IMG/VR virus record: IMGVR_UViG_3300009537_003043
Coordinates: 1 to 51,909 of that record
DNA: 51,909 nucleotides
Direction: 5' to 3' (one strand)
Origin: a virus
Taxonomy: Duplodnaviria > Caudoviricetes
Under the pieces are notes generated by a model, which saw only the letters and a program-made list of their open reading frames with translations, ran no database searches and was not told the origin of the DNA. The position numbers and the translations under genes are program-made. Each line of letters starts with the position of its first letter. Position 1 is the first letter of the stretch. Positions 36,417-46,800 of the stretch are shown here, piece after piece.

Positions 36417-36650
36417 TTGATTCTCGACCTTCCATCCATCGACGCGAAAACGCAGCGGGCCTGCGAGATTGTGGTGCGGGACCTGTCCGCGCATCTTCAG
36501 GTACTTTGCGCCCGTGAGGTGGAAACCCTGCTCCGGCAGACGCGAGCCGCTGCCGAGAAAAAGATGGCCACCGAGGGGGAGGTAAACACGCCCGACCTGG
36601 TGGAAAAACTCGGCCTGTTGACCATCACCGAACAGGAGGCGCGCCGGTAG
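36417..36650 (+). CDS. Hypothetical protein (possible fibre chaperone)
   Basis: SD aggaggt with TTG start; follows the fibre gene. Confidence 0.5.
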   Translation: MILDLPSIDAKTQRACEIVVRDLSAHLQVLCAREVETLLRQTRAAAEKKMATEGEVNTPDLVEKLGLLTITEQEARR

Positions 36651-36653
36651 CCC

Positions 36654-39600
36654 ATGGCCCTGGACACGCAAGTCATTCACCTGCCGTTCGAGCAAGGGGT
36701 CGAGACCAAGACCGATGAGAAGGTGGTCATGGCCCCGCGGCTGACGCTGCTGGAGAACGGCATGTTCCGCAAGACCGGGCGCATCGCCAAGCGCAACGGA
36801 TACTCGCGCCTGAACCAGGCCATCTTGGCCGCGACGGCCCGCGACATCGAGAACGGGCTGTGGGTCGGGAACTACGCGGACGAGTTGCTGCTGATCCAGC
36901 AGACCGACGACAACGGCACCGAGATGTTCAGCTACTCGCCGGGCAACGAGCAGTGGATCGCCAAGACCGGCCTGCCACCGATGCGGACGAGCAACGCGCA
37001 GGTGATCCGCAACAACTACCAGCAGGCGGTGCCGGACGGCGCGCGCGCCCAGGGCATCGAGGTCTTCGCCTGGGAGGACGGCCGCGGCGGCGTGCGGGCC
37101 ACGGTGCGGGATGCCTCCAGCGGCGTGCCGGTGTTGACCGACGTGGAATTGCACAGCACGGCCACGCGCCCCCGCTGCCTCGCCATCGGCGGTCTGCTGG
37201 CCGTGTTCTACGCCGAGGCGACCGGCAACGACCTGTTCGTCCGCATCCTGAACCCGTTGTCACCTACCGCGTTCGGCGCCGAGCAGACCGTGGCCACCGA
37301 CCTGAACGCGACCAACCCGCACTACGACGTGTTCGAGCACGGCACTAAAGCCGTGGTGGCCTGGAACACGACCGCGGCCTCGGTGAAGACCGCCTACGTG
37401 CTCTCCGACGGCACCGTGGGAGCCCCGGTCTCGGGCCTGCCGGTGGCGACCGCCTATGTCCTGGCCGCGAGCAACTTCGACCCGGCCGACGTGGACACCG
37501 GCGCCGACCGCATCACGGTCACCGGGCACGGCCTGACCCAGGACACGGTTGTCCAGTTCACCACCACGGGCGGGCTGCCCGGCGGGCTCTCAGGTGGCAC
37601 CGACTACTACGTGATCGTCGTGGACGCGAACACGCTTCAGGTATCGGCTTCGGCCGGGGGCGCGGCGGTCACGCTGACCACCCAGGGCACCGGCGAGCAC
37701 ACCATCACCCCACAGGGCGAGGCCGCGGACAACGCCCTGGCCATCACGGTCGATCCGGACAACGACTCGATCTGGGTCGCCTACCACGAGGACAACCTGG
37801 GCGTGCGGGCCTTCCGGCTGGGCACCGACTTCGCGGTTGAACTCGGGGCCACCACGGTCGAGGACCTGACAAGCCCCGTGGTGGACAACCTGACCGTGAT
37901 CGTGCCGGCCGGAGTCGGGACGTTGCGGCTGTTTTACGAGGCCAACGATGCGACGCCCAGCGAGCGGTACGTGAAGACCAACACCCTGACCACGGCGGGC
38001 ACGGCGGGCACGGCGGCGGTGCTGGTGCGCAGCGTCGGGCTGGCGACCAAGGCGTTCGAGCAGGACGCCCGCATTCAGGTCGGGGTGGTGCATGATTCCA
38101 CGTTGCAGGCCACGGTTTTCATCGTGACCAGCGACGGCACGCTGATCGGCAAGTTGCTGGCGGGCGTGGCCGGGGGGCGCGTCGCCACCCCGAGCCTGCC
38201 GCGCGTGTTCAGCACCGGCACCGGAACCTGGGCCGTGGCCCTGCCGATCAAGACCCGCATCGTGTCCGACGACGAAATCAGTTTCGCCGGCAGCCAGACC
38301 GTGGTCTACATGCTGACCGGCGTCTCGGTCAGCGCCCTGGACTTCTCCGGCACGGCCCGGTTCGTCGCTGTGGAAGCCGGGCAGAACCTACTGCTCGCCG
38401 CGGGGATGCTGCTGGCCTATGACGGCGCGGTCCTGGTGGAGCACGGGTTTCATCTGTTTCCGGAGGACATCAGCCCGGCGGGTCAGGCCACGGGCGGTTC
38501 CATGAGCGACGGAACCTATCAGTACGTGGCCGTGTACGCCTGGGCCGACAACCGCGGCCAGGTGCATCGCAGCGCGCCCAGCCTGCCGGCCTCGGTGACG
38601 CTGGCGGCCGGCACCTCGGTGCAGTCCGTGCAGGTCACGGTGCCGACCCTGCGGCTGACCGCGAAGAACAATGTGATCCTGGAACTGTACCGCACCGAGG
38701 GAAGCGGCTCGATCTTCTACCGGGTCACCAGCACGAGCAGCCCGACCTATAACGATCCGACCGCGGACACCTCGGTCATCACCGACACGCTGGCCGACGC
38801 CACGATCATCGACAACGAGTTGCTGTACACGACCGGCGGGCTGGTGGAGCACATTGCGGCCCCGGCAGCGTCGCTGGTAGCCGTGGGCAAGAACCGGGTG
38901 TTCGTCGCCGGCCTTGAGGACGGCAACGTGGTCTGGGCCTCCAAACTGGTGCGCCACGGCGCGGGCGTCGCGTTCTCCGACCTGTTCTCGATCCGGGTGG
39001 AAGGCGCCGGCGCCGACCCGGATAGTGGCCCGGTGACCGCTCTCGCGGTGCTGGATCAGAACGTGATACTGTTCAAGCAGCATCGCATCTACGCCTTCAC
39101 CGGCGACGGGCCGGACGACACCGGCCAGCAGGGCCAGTTCTCGCAACCGGAACTGGTCACGACCGACATGGGCTGCAATATCCCGGAGAGCATCGTGATG
39201 ATACCGGCGGGGCTGATGTTCAAATCGGCCAAGGGCATCCACCTGATCGACCGCGGCTTGCGGACGTCCTACATCGGGACCCCGGTGGAAGAGTGGAACG
39301 ATCTGACCGTCACCGGCGCGGTGCTGGCCGAGACCGAGAACGAGGTGCGCTTCGTCACCAGCGAGGGCCGGGCGCTGGTCTACGACTACTTCCAGGGCCA
39401 GTGGGCCACCTGGACGAACCACGCCGCAGTGGGTGCCACCCGTTGGAACAACCGCTTCTGCTACCTGCGCAGCGACGGCGCTGTGCACAAGGAAGAGCCG
39501 GGCGTGTTCCGGGACGACAATTCGCGGTTTTCGCTGCGGATACGCACGGCCTGGATCAAGCTGGCCGGCATCCAGGGCTACCAGCGCGTGCGCCGCCTGA

Positions 39601-39947
39601 TGGTGCTCGGAAACTTCAAGGCCAACCACGTACTCCGGGTATCGGTGGGCTACGATTTCCAGCCCGGCTACCCGGACATCTACCTGTTCGACGCCGCCGC
39701 CCTGGTGAGCACCAATTACTACGGCGAGGGGGCCTACTATGGCGCCGATGAGGTCTACGGCGGAGTCGAAGATGCGATCTACCAGTTCATGGCCACGCTC
39801 GGGCAGCAGAAATGCCAAGCCGTGCGCGTGCTGATCGAGGACGTGATGGCCGACACCGTGGACGAGAGCTACGACATGGTGGGCCTGGCCTTGCTGGCCG
39901 GGGTCAAGCCGGGCCTACACCGCATCCGCACCGGGAAACGGGCATGA
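36654..39947 (+). CDS. Tail nozzle / tubular-B-like protein with inserted repeat domain
   Basis: 1097 aa, beta-propeller-like (LFKQHRIY, DMGC, LVYDYF...W); insertion at about 37470-37712. Confidence 0.78.
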   Translation: MALDTQVIHLPFEQGVETKTDEKVVMAPRLTLLENGMFRKTGRIAKRNGYSRLNQAILAATARDIENGLWVGNYADELLLIQQTDDNGTEMFSYSPGNEQWIAKTGLPPMRTSNAQVIRNNYQQAVPDGARAQGIEVFAWEDGRGGVRATVRDASSGVPVLTDVELHSTATRPRCLAIGGLLAVFYAEATGNDLFVRILNPLSPTAFGAEQTVATDLNATNPHYDVFEHGTKAVVAWNTTAASVKTAYVLSDGTVGAPVSGLPVATAYVLAASNFDPADVDTGADRITVTGHGLTQDTVVQFTTTGGLPGGLSGGTDYYVIVVDANTLQVSASAGGAAVTLTTQGTGEHTITPQGEAADNALAITVDPDNDSIWVAYHEDNLGVRAFRLGTDFAVELGATTVEDLTSPVVDNLTVIVPAGVGTLRLFYEANDATPSERYVKTNTLTTAGTAGTAAVLVRSVGLATKAFEQDARIQVGVVHDSTLQATVFIVTSDGTLIGKLLAGVAGGRVATPSLPRVFSTGTGTWAVALPIKTRIVSDDEISFAGSQTVVYMLTGVSVSALDFSGTARFVAVEAGQNLLLAAGMLLAYDGAVLVEHGFHLFPEDISPAGQATGGSMSDGTYQYVAVYAWADNRGQVHRSAPSLPASVTLAAGTSVQSVQVTVPTLRLTAKNNVILELYRTEGSGSIFYRVTSTSSPTYNDPTADTSVITDTLADATIIDNELLYTTGGLVEHIAAPAASLVAVGKNRVFVAGLEDGNVVWASKLVRHGAGVAFSDLFSIRVEGAGADPDSGPVTALAVLDQNVILFKQHRIYAFTGDGPDDTGQQGQFSQPELVTTDMGCNIPESIVMIPAGLMFKSAKGIHLIDRGLRTSYIGTPVEEWNDLTVTGAVLAETENEVRFVTSEGRALVYDYFQGQWATWTNHAAVGATRWNNRFCYLRSDGAVHKEEPGVFRDDNSRFSLRIRTAWIKLAGIQGYQRVRRLMVLGNFKANHVLRVSVGYDFQPGYPDIYLFDAAALVSTNYYGEGAYYGADEVYGGVEDAIYQFMATLGQQKCQAVRVLIEDVMADTVDESYDMVGLALLAGVKPGLHRIRTGKRA

Positions 39948-40336
39948 ACGCCATTGCCTACGATGCGGAACGGCACTACGGGCCGATCATTGACTGGTTG
40001 GCGGGCCACGGCCTGGCGCCGATCCCGCTGGCGATGTTTCCGCCGACCGGGTACGTGGTCGAGGGCCTGGCCGCGGTGTTCGTCTATCACACGCAGAGCA
40101 CCGTGGCCTTCATTGAGACGCTGGTCAGCAACCCGGGGGCCGACAAGCGGGACGCCAACCGAGCGCTGGACGCGGCCGTCAGGGCGGCACTCAGGGAATG
40201 CGAAGACGCCGGCTGCGAGGCTGTCATCGCCACGACTTCACTGCCGGCTGTGGCGCGCCGCGCCCGCAAGCACGGTTTCCGCAGCGAGCCGACGCGGCTC
40301 TTGATACGGAGGTTGCCCAATGGGAGGCGTAGCTAA
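39944..40336 (+). CDS. GNAT-fold-like tail assembly protein
   Basis: Between nozzle and ejection genes; ETLVSNP...KHGF. Confidence 0.5.
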   Translation: MNAIAYDAERHYGPIIDWLAGHGLAPIPLAMFPPTGYVVEGLAAVFVYHTQSTVAFIETLVSNPGADKRDANRALDAAVRAALRECEDAGCEAVIATTSLPAVARRARKHGFRSEPTRLLIRRLPNGRRS

Positions 40337-41945
40337 AGCCGTTGGTGGTGTCGTTGGCGGCGTGGCGGGCGGCTTAATTGGTGGCGCTGGTCTGGAAAAC
40401 AAGTACCGCGGAACGGCCTACAAGTTCGACGAAGAGGCGTTCAAGGACCCGACCGCCGAGGCCAACAAGAAAAAGCTGGAGCAGCGCGCCGGGGAGGCTG
40501 CTGCCCGCACGGCCGAGCGCGTGGCCGCTTCCAGCGTGGCTGACCCGGGTGCGGTGCGGGCGGCCGACATCGGCGCTGTCGATCAAGGCACTGCGGCAGT
40601 AGTGCGCGGCGTGGCCGGCCCCACGGCCGCCCGGGTGGGGACGGTGCAGCAGGGCCAGGCCGGTCAGACGCGCCAGGTCGGAGTGGGCCCGGCGGCCCGG
40701 ATTGAGACCGATCCACAGGCACAGTTCCGCGGCGGGCAGGCGACCGCGATGGATCTGTTGCGCGCCCGGGCCGAAGGTGGGGGTCCGTCACCGGCTGCGT
40801 TGCTCCTGCGGGAACAGACCGACCGCAACATCGCCGGGGCAGTTGGCCGCGCCGCCAGCGCCGGGCCGGGCGTGAACCCGGCTACTGCGGCGCGGCTGGC
40901 CGGGCAGCAAATCGCCACGACCAACCAGCAGGCCGGGCGCGATGCGGCGCTGTTGCGGGCCGAAGAAACCGCCCGCGCGACCGAGCAACTGGCGACAACG
41001 GCCGGAGCCGGGCGGCAGCAGGACATCGGGCTCGCCGCAGAACAGGCGCGACTGGAGCAGGAGACGACCACGCTCCAGAGCGAAGCCGACCTGCAGCGCA
41101 GCCTGGCTGACATGCAGGCGCAGCAGCAGATCGCGCTCCAGTCCGGCGACATCGAACTGGCCCGAAATATCGAGCAGGCCCGGCTGGCCCAGCAAACGGC
41201 CCTGGCCGCGGGTGAGATTGATCTGGCACGCGCCCTCGAAGACAGCCGGAACGAGCAGCAGATCGCCGTACAGCGGGGTGAACTCGACCTGGCCCGCAAC
41301 ATCGAGCAGGCCCGGCTCCAGACCGAGACCGCCATCAAGTCCGGCGACATGGCACTGGCCCGCAACATCGCCAATGCTCAGTTGGAGCAGGGGGCCGCTG
41401 CGGCGAACCAGCAGGCCGCGTTGCAGCAGCAGCAACTCAACGACCAACTGGTGTCGCAGTACGTGTCGCAGGGACTGGCGCTGGATCAGGCGCAGTTCCT
41501 GGCTGGCATCGAACTGGAGCGCCTGCGTGGCGAGCAGAGCCTGGGCATCCAGGGCATCAACGCCGGAGTCGCGGCGGGCAACCAGGCAACCAAGGCCGGT
41601 GTGGTGGGGGGGATGCTTGGCGCCGGCGGGGCTATCGGCGCGGGTTATGCGGCTTCCGACAAGCGGCTCAAGAAGGACATCGCGCCCGGCGACAAGGACA
41701 TCCGCGCCGTGATGGAACGGCTCAAGCCCTACGCCTTCTCGTACAAGAACCCGGACGGCCACGGCGCCACGCACGGCCAGCTGGTCGGCGTGATGGCCCA
41801 GGACCTGCAGAAGTCCTCCAAGGGGCGCGACATGGTGCTCGATACGCCAGACGGGCTGATGGTGGACTCGGTGAAGGCCGTCTCGGCGGCCCTGGCGGCC
41901 TCGGCCGACCTGCACCGCCGGGTGAGCAAACTGGAACATCGGTGA
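40320..41945 (+). CDS. Ejection/pilot-like protein with C-terminal S74 chaperone domain
   Basis: G/A/Q-rich; SDKRLKKDI, YAFSYK, GVMAQDL. Confidence 0.75.
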   Translation: MGGVAKAVGGVVGGVAGGLIGGAGLENKYRGTAYKFDEEAFKDPTAEANKKKLEQRAGEAAARTAERVAASSVADPGAVRAADIGAVDQGTAAVVRGVAGPTAARVGTVQQGQAGQTRQVGVGPAARIETDPQAQFRGGQATAMDLLRARAEGGGPSPAALLLREQTDRNIAGAVGRAASAGPGVNPATAARLAGQQIATTNQQAGRDAALLRAEETARATEQLATTAGAGRQQDIGLAAEQARLEQETTTLQSEADLQRSLADMQAQQQIALQSGDIELARNIEQARLAQQTALAAGEIDLARALEDSRNEQQIAVQRGELDLARNIEQARLQTETAIKSGDMALARNIANAQLEQGAAAANQQAALQQQQLNDQLVSQYVSQGLALDQAQFLAGIELERLRGEQSLGIQGINAGVAAGNQATKAGVVGGMLGAGGAIGAGYAASDKRLKKDIAPGDKDIRAVMERLKPYAFSYKNPDGHGATHGQLVGVMAQDLQKSSKGRDMVLDTPDGLMVDSVKAVSAALAASADLHRRVSKLEHR

Positions 41946-41955
41946 GGAAGGCTCA

Positions 41956-43827
41956 ATGAGCGAAATGATCCCGCAATTGGCTATGGCGTGGCCGCGCAAT
42001 AACGAGCGCGACCAGATTGGCACGGCTCCGCGACCGGCATCGACCGCGCCTGGGCAAACGAACCTCCTGCTGCCACAGGATGACGAGTTGGATGCCCTGC
42101 AGAGCGGGGGGCTGCTCGATCCGCAGACGGCGGCCCTCGTGCGTGAGAATCGCCTCGCCCCATCGGCCGCGACCCCGGGCCCGCAGTTTGCTGCGCCGTT
42201 AGTCTCGCCGGCCCCCCCGGAGGGCTCCTTGAGCAGAATTCCTCCGGGCGCGCCTGCATTCATCTCGCCTGCGCCTCCGGAGGCATCCTTGTACAGCACA
42301 TTTCCAGGGGGGGAGCCGCCGGTAGTCTCGCCGCCGCCGAAGTCCGCCACCACCGGCCCGGAAGATTCTTTCGGCGTCATGCAGAGCGACGCCAACCCGC
42401 CCCCGGAGACCCCGACGAGCCCTGTTGCTGCCGCCGCGATGGGCCCTGGCGCGACGACGACGCAGCAGGATCAACGCGAACTCAACCGCCTTCGCAACAT
42501 GGGCCTGCCCGACGATGTTATCCGGCAGGGCGATGAGCAGGGGATATGGGGCCCGGCCGGGAAAATGACCGCGGCCATGACGGCCGAGGACGATGCTCGC
42601 CAGGCGCTGGTCAATGCACAGTCGGCGGCGGCCAACCAGCAGGCGTTCAAACTCGGGGTGGCTGAAAATGCACAAAAAATCCTGACGGCCCAACAGGAGG
42701 AGGAGCAACGAAAGATTGAGCAGCAGATTGAGAAGCGCACCAAGCGTGTGGAATCGCTGCGCGATGAGTACGACAAAATGGAGGTCACCGACCCGTGGGC
42801 CTCCAAGAGCACCGGGCAGAAGGTTACGGCCGCAATCGCCATCCTGCTCGGCGGCATCGGCGCCGGGCTGACCGGTGGCCCGAACATGGCCTTGCAGGTC
42901 ATCAACGACGCCATCGAGCGTGATCTGGAGATTCAGGCATCCAAGAAAGCAGCCAAGGGAGAATCGGTGCGCCAGGAGCGGAGCCTGCTCGGCGACCTGC
43001 GAAACCAACTCGGCGACCTGCGCTCTGCCCAAGTTCTGGCCCGCGATCAGATGTGGCGGGGCGTGGAACTGAACCTCAAAAAAATGTCCGCCGGGATCAA
43101 GAGCGAGGAAGTGCGACGCGAAGCGGACGTGGCGCTCGCGCAAGTCGCCCAGAAGCGCGAACAACTCAAGATTGAGATGCGCGAAGCTGCGTCAACGGCG
43201 GCCCGCACCGAGTTTTACCACGACCGGGAGCGCCAGGCCGTGGCCGCCCTGAGCCGGGCTGGCAACGACCCGGCGGAGCAGGCCCGCATCCTGATCGAAT
43301 CCGGTGTGCCCGACATGGTGAGCCGTGGTGTGGCACTCCAGGGCGCCTTGCTGAACAAAGAAGGCAAGGCCGGCGGAGCGCTCAACGACCCCAAGAGCGG
43401 TTTAGGCAAGATCATGCACGATTTCCGCAGCGGCCAGTTCGGCAACCCGGACGACCCGGCGACCCAGGCCATGGCGGGCCGGGCGCTCGAAAACGAACTG
43501 GCGCAGAGCGGAGTCGGCACCGATCGCATGATCGCCCAGTGGATGCAGGACTACGAACAGAGCCCGGAGACGCTGACCAAGGAGCGCCGTACGGCGCTGC
43601 AACTCCTGTCGGTCGTTGGCCGCGACCCGTCAGCAGGCGTGGTGGCGGGGCTTCCGGCGTTTCAGGGCGTGGAACGGGTGCTGGGTCAGGCGGGGGCTCC
43701 TCAGCCGCAAGGCGCGGCGCCGGCAGCACCGGCCCTGCCGCAGGTATCGTCCCGCGCCGATTACGATGCACTCCCCAGCGGGGCGGAGTACGTTGATCCC
43801 AACGGAACCAGGAGACGTAAGCCGTGA
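41956..43827 (+). CDS. Internal virion (ejection) protein
   Basis: Pro-rich start, coiled coil, Gly-rich hydrophobic segment; ends YVDPNG.RRKP. Confidence 0.7.
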   Translation: MSEMIPQLAMAWPRNNERDQIGTAPRPASTAPGQTNLLLPQDDELDALQSGGLLDPQTAALVRENRLAPSAATPGPQFAAPLVSPAPPEGSLSRIPPGAPAFISPAPPEASLYSTFPGGEPPVVSPPPKSATTGPEDSFGVMQSDANPPPETPTSPVAAAAMGPGATTTQQDQRELNRLRNMGLPDDVIRQGDEQGIWGPAGKMTAAMTAEDDARQALVNAQSAAANQQAFKLGVAENAQKILTAQQEEEQRKIEQQIEKRTKRVESLRDEYDKMEVTDPWASKSTGQKVTAAIAILLGGIGAGLTGGPNMALQVINDAIERDLEIQASKKAAKGESVRQERSLLGDLRNQLGDLRSAQVLARDQMWRGVELNLKKMSAGIKSEEVRREADVALAQVAQKREQLKIEMREAASTAARTEFYHDRERQAVAALSRAGNDPAEQARILIESGVPDMVSRGVALQGALLNKEGKAGGALNDPKSGLGKIMHDFRSGQFGNPDDPATQAMAGRALENELAQSGVGTDRMIAQWMQDYEQSPETLTKERRTALQLLSVVGRDPSAGVVAGLPAFQGVERVLGQAGAPQPQGAAPAAPALPQVSSRADYDALPSGAEYVDPNGTRRRKP

Positions 43828-46800
43828 GCGAACCCTGGAACAGCGACCCGATTGTGGAAACTGCCCGGCCGCGCGAGGACGAGCGCCCGTGGGAGGCTGA
43901 CCCCGTTGTGCCGGTGGTGGGGAACGAGCCGGCGCCCACCACGGCGCCCGTCGAACGCCCGTGGGAAGCCGACCCGGTGGTGTCGGCCACTGGCGAAACG
44001 GAAGCCGACGACAGCGCGCTCTCGGCCGTGGGCACGTTCTACCGCGAACTGGCGGTGCCGACCCTGCTGGGGGGCGCCCGGGACGCGCTGCAGGGGCTGC
44101 TGGACCTGCCGGAGGACTTCGGCCTGACCGGCGATCTGCCGGACCTGCCCGAGGTGCCGGAGCCCACCACGCTGGGCGGTCGGATGGTGCGCGACATGAC
44201 GCAGTTCCTGGCCGGCTTTGTGCCCGTGTTCGGCTGGCTCGGCAAGGCGGGCAAGCTCGGGCCCATCGCCCGCGGGGCTGCTGCTGGGGCGGCGGCCGAC
44301 TTCGCGGTCTTCGACGGGCAGGAAGAGCGCCTGTCGAACCTGGTGCAGGAGCATCCGGCGCTGGCCAACCCAGTGACGGAATTCCTGGCCTCCGACCCTG
44401 ACGACGCGGCGCCGCTCGGGCGGCTCAAGAACGCGCTGGAGGGCCTGGGCCTCGGTGCGGCGGCCGACGGGTTTCTCTCCGGCGTGCGGGTGCTGCGGGC
44501 GGCCCGCGCCGGGCGGCGTCAGATCGCCACGGGCGCGACGCCGGAAGTGGTGCAGGAGACGGTGCGCCGCGAGGCCCGGAACATCCTCGATGTACGGGAC
44601 GTGTCGTCACCGCCGCCGACCGGCCCGATGGCCCGGGAAGCCGGCGGCTCGGCGGCCACGGAACCCGGGGCGGCAGGGATGGCCGCACGTCCCGCCATGG
44701 AAGGCGGCCCGGTTTTACGTGAAACGCTGACGCCCGAAGACCTGCTGCGCCAGACCGAGCCGGAGTTCCAGACCCGGGCGGCCGGGCGCAACGCCCCGGA
44801 ACCGACCCGCGAGGTGCGGGTGGCCGGGAACATCAACCTGGATCGCATCGAGTCGCCCGAGGACCTGAAAAACGCGCTGACCGTGCTGGCGCGCACGGAC
44901 GCCCCGGACATCGCTGCCGAGCGGGCGGCAGGGACGGCTCGCGGCGAAGCGCACACGGAGGGCGTGCGCGGCCTGCTGCTGGCCAGCGCGCGGCGCACCA
45001 TGGACAGCCTGCCCCGCGCCGAGGCCGTGCCGGAAGAAGACATGATGCGGGCCCTGGCCAACATCGAGCAACTGCGCGGCGTGGTGGCCTTTTCCGCCGG
45101 TCAGGCCGCGGAAGCCAGCGCTCGGCTGCGTGCCTACAAGCACATCAAAGACGCGGTGGCCCAGCAGGACTACAAGGCCATGCGCGAGATGGTGGACGGC
45201 CTGGGCGGCAATAAAATGGTGGAACGGAAAATAGCCCTGACCGCCGCCATCGACGATCTAGAGGCGTTTGCAAATCATGCGCCAAAGATTTGGGAGGCCA
45301 AGACCATCGACAAGGCGCTGGAGGTGTGGCGGGCCGGCCTGCTGACGGGCTTCCGTACCCAGGCGGCGAACTTCCTGTCCAACACCCTGGTACTGGGATA
45401 CACGGTGCCGGAACGCGCGATAGGTGCGTCCTTCGGCGCTCTTGCCGGCGGAGAACGCATCCATGCCCGCGAAAGCCTCGCGTTCGCCAACGGTGCGCTC
45501 AAGGCCATGCGCCGCGCGTCCTCCGATGCCTGGCAGGTGTTCTGGCGCGAGGCCCCGGGGCCGGAAGGTGCCCCGGAGAGCGTGCGCCGCACCGTGCCCG
45601 GGCTGCAGATGGGGGAGGAACTGCCCGCCGGGGCCTTCAAGAGCCAGGAAGTGGGGCGCCGGCACGCTGTTGGCGGAACGGTTGGATACGCCGTCCGCTC
45701 GCCATTCCGAGCGCTCGATGCGGCCGACGTGTGGTTCAAGACCATCACCTTCGGCGGGGAGGTCGAGGCGCTGGCGATTCGCAAGGCCCTGGCTGAGGGG
45801 TTGGAAGGCCATGTCTTGCGTGAGCGGGTGGCGCAGATCGTCGGTCATCTCGACGAGTTTCCGGACATCGTAGCCGAAGGGAATGCGCGGGCGGCAGTCA
45901 ACACGTTCACCACGCCGTTGCACGAACAGGAGGGCTTTATCGCCGACCTGGCGGGCAGCATCTCCAAGTTCACGGCCAAGCACCCGTCCTTCGGGTTTGT
46001 GGCGCCGTTTATCCGCACGCCGGCCAACATCTTCAAGTTCGCGGCCGAGCGCACGCCAGCCGGGTTCTTCATGGCCGACATGAAAAAGGCGATCAAGGCT
46101 GGCGGCGCCAAGCGGCAGGAGGCGCTGGCCAAGATCACGCTCGGCTCGTCGGTCATGGGCTCCATCGCATGGGCCGCAGCCGAGGGGCACATCACCGGGC
46201 ACGGGCCCACCGATCCGAACAAGCGGCGTCTGTGGCGGGCCAACAACCAGCCCTACAGCGTCCGGCTGCCCGGCAGCGACACCTGGTACAGCTACGCGCG
46301 GTTCGAACCCCTGGGCACACTGATGGGCATTGCCGCCGATGGTGTGGAAATCATCAAGAATGCGCGCAGCGAGGAGGATTGGGACAACATCGCCATGCTG
46401 GGCGTGACGGCCGCAGCCAACGTGATGACGAACAAGACCTTCATGCAGGGGCCCACCGCGTTGATCTCCGCGCTGGAGGACCCGCAACGGTTCGGAGACC
46501 GCTTTGTCGAGATGCTGGGCGGCTCGACGGTGCCCACGCTGATCGCGGATGTGGCGCGGGCCAACGATCCGGTGCTGCGGAACGTGCGCAGCGTGATGGA
46601 CGCCTGGCTTAACCGGGTGCCGGGAGCCTCCGGCCGGCTGCAGCCGATTTTGAACCTGTGGGGCGAAGAGGTTGTCCGCGAAGGCGGGGCGCTGGCGCAG
46701 GTGTTTTCCCCCGTCTACGTCAGCACTGCCGACAAGGACCCGCTGGCCGCCGAGTTGATGCGGGTGGAGTATCACCCGGGGATGCCGGGCCGCTCGATCA

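Noticed and set aside
32880-37712. Inserted domains as inteins
   Set aside because: No intein terminal motifs (C1, HN-C/S/T); the same unit occurs as tandem repeats elsewhere
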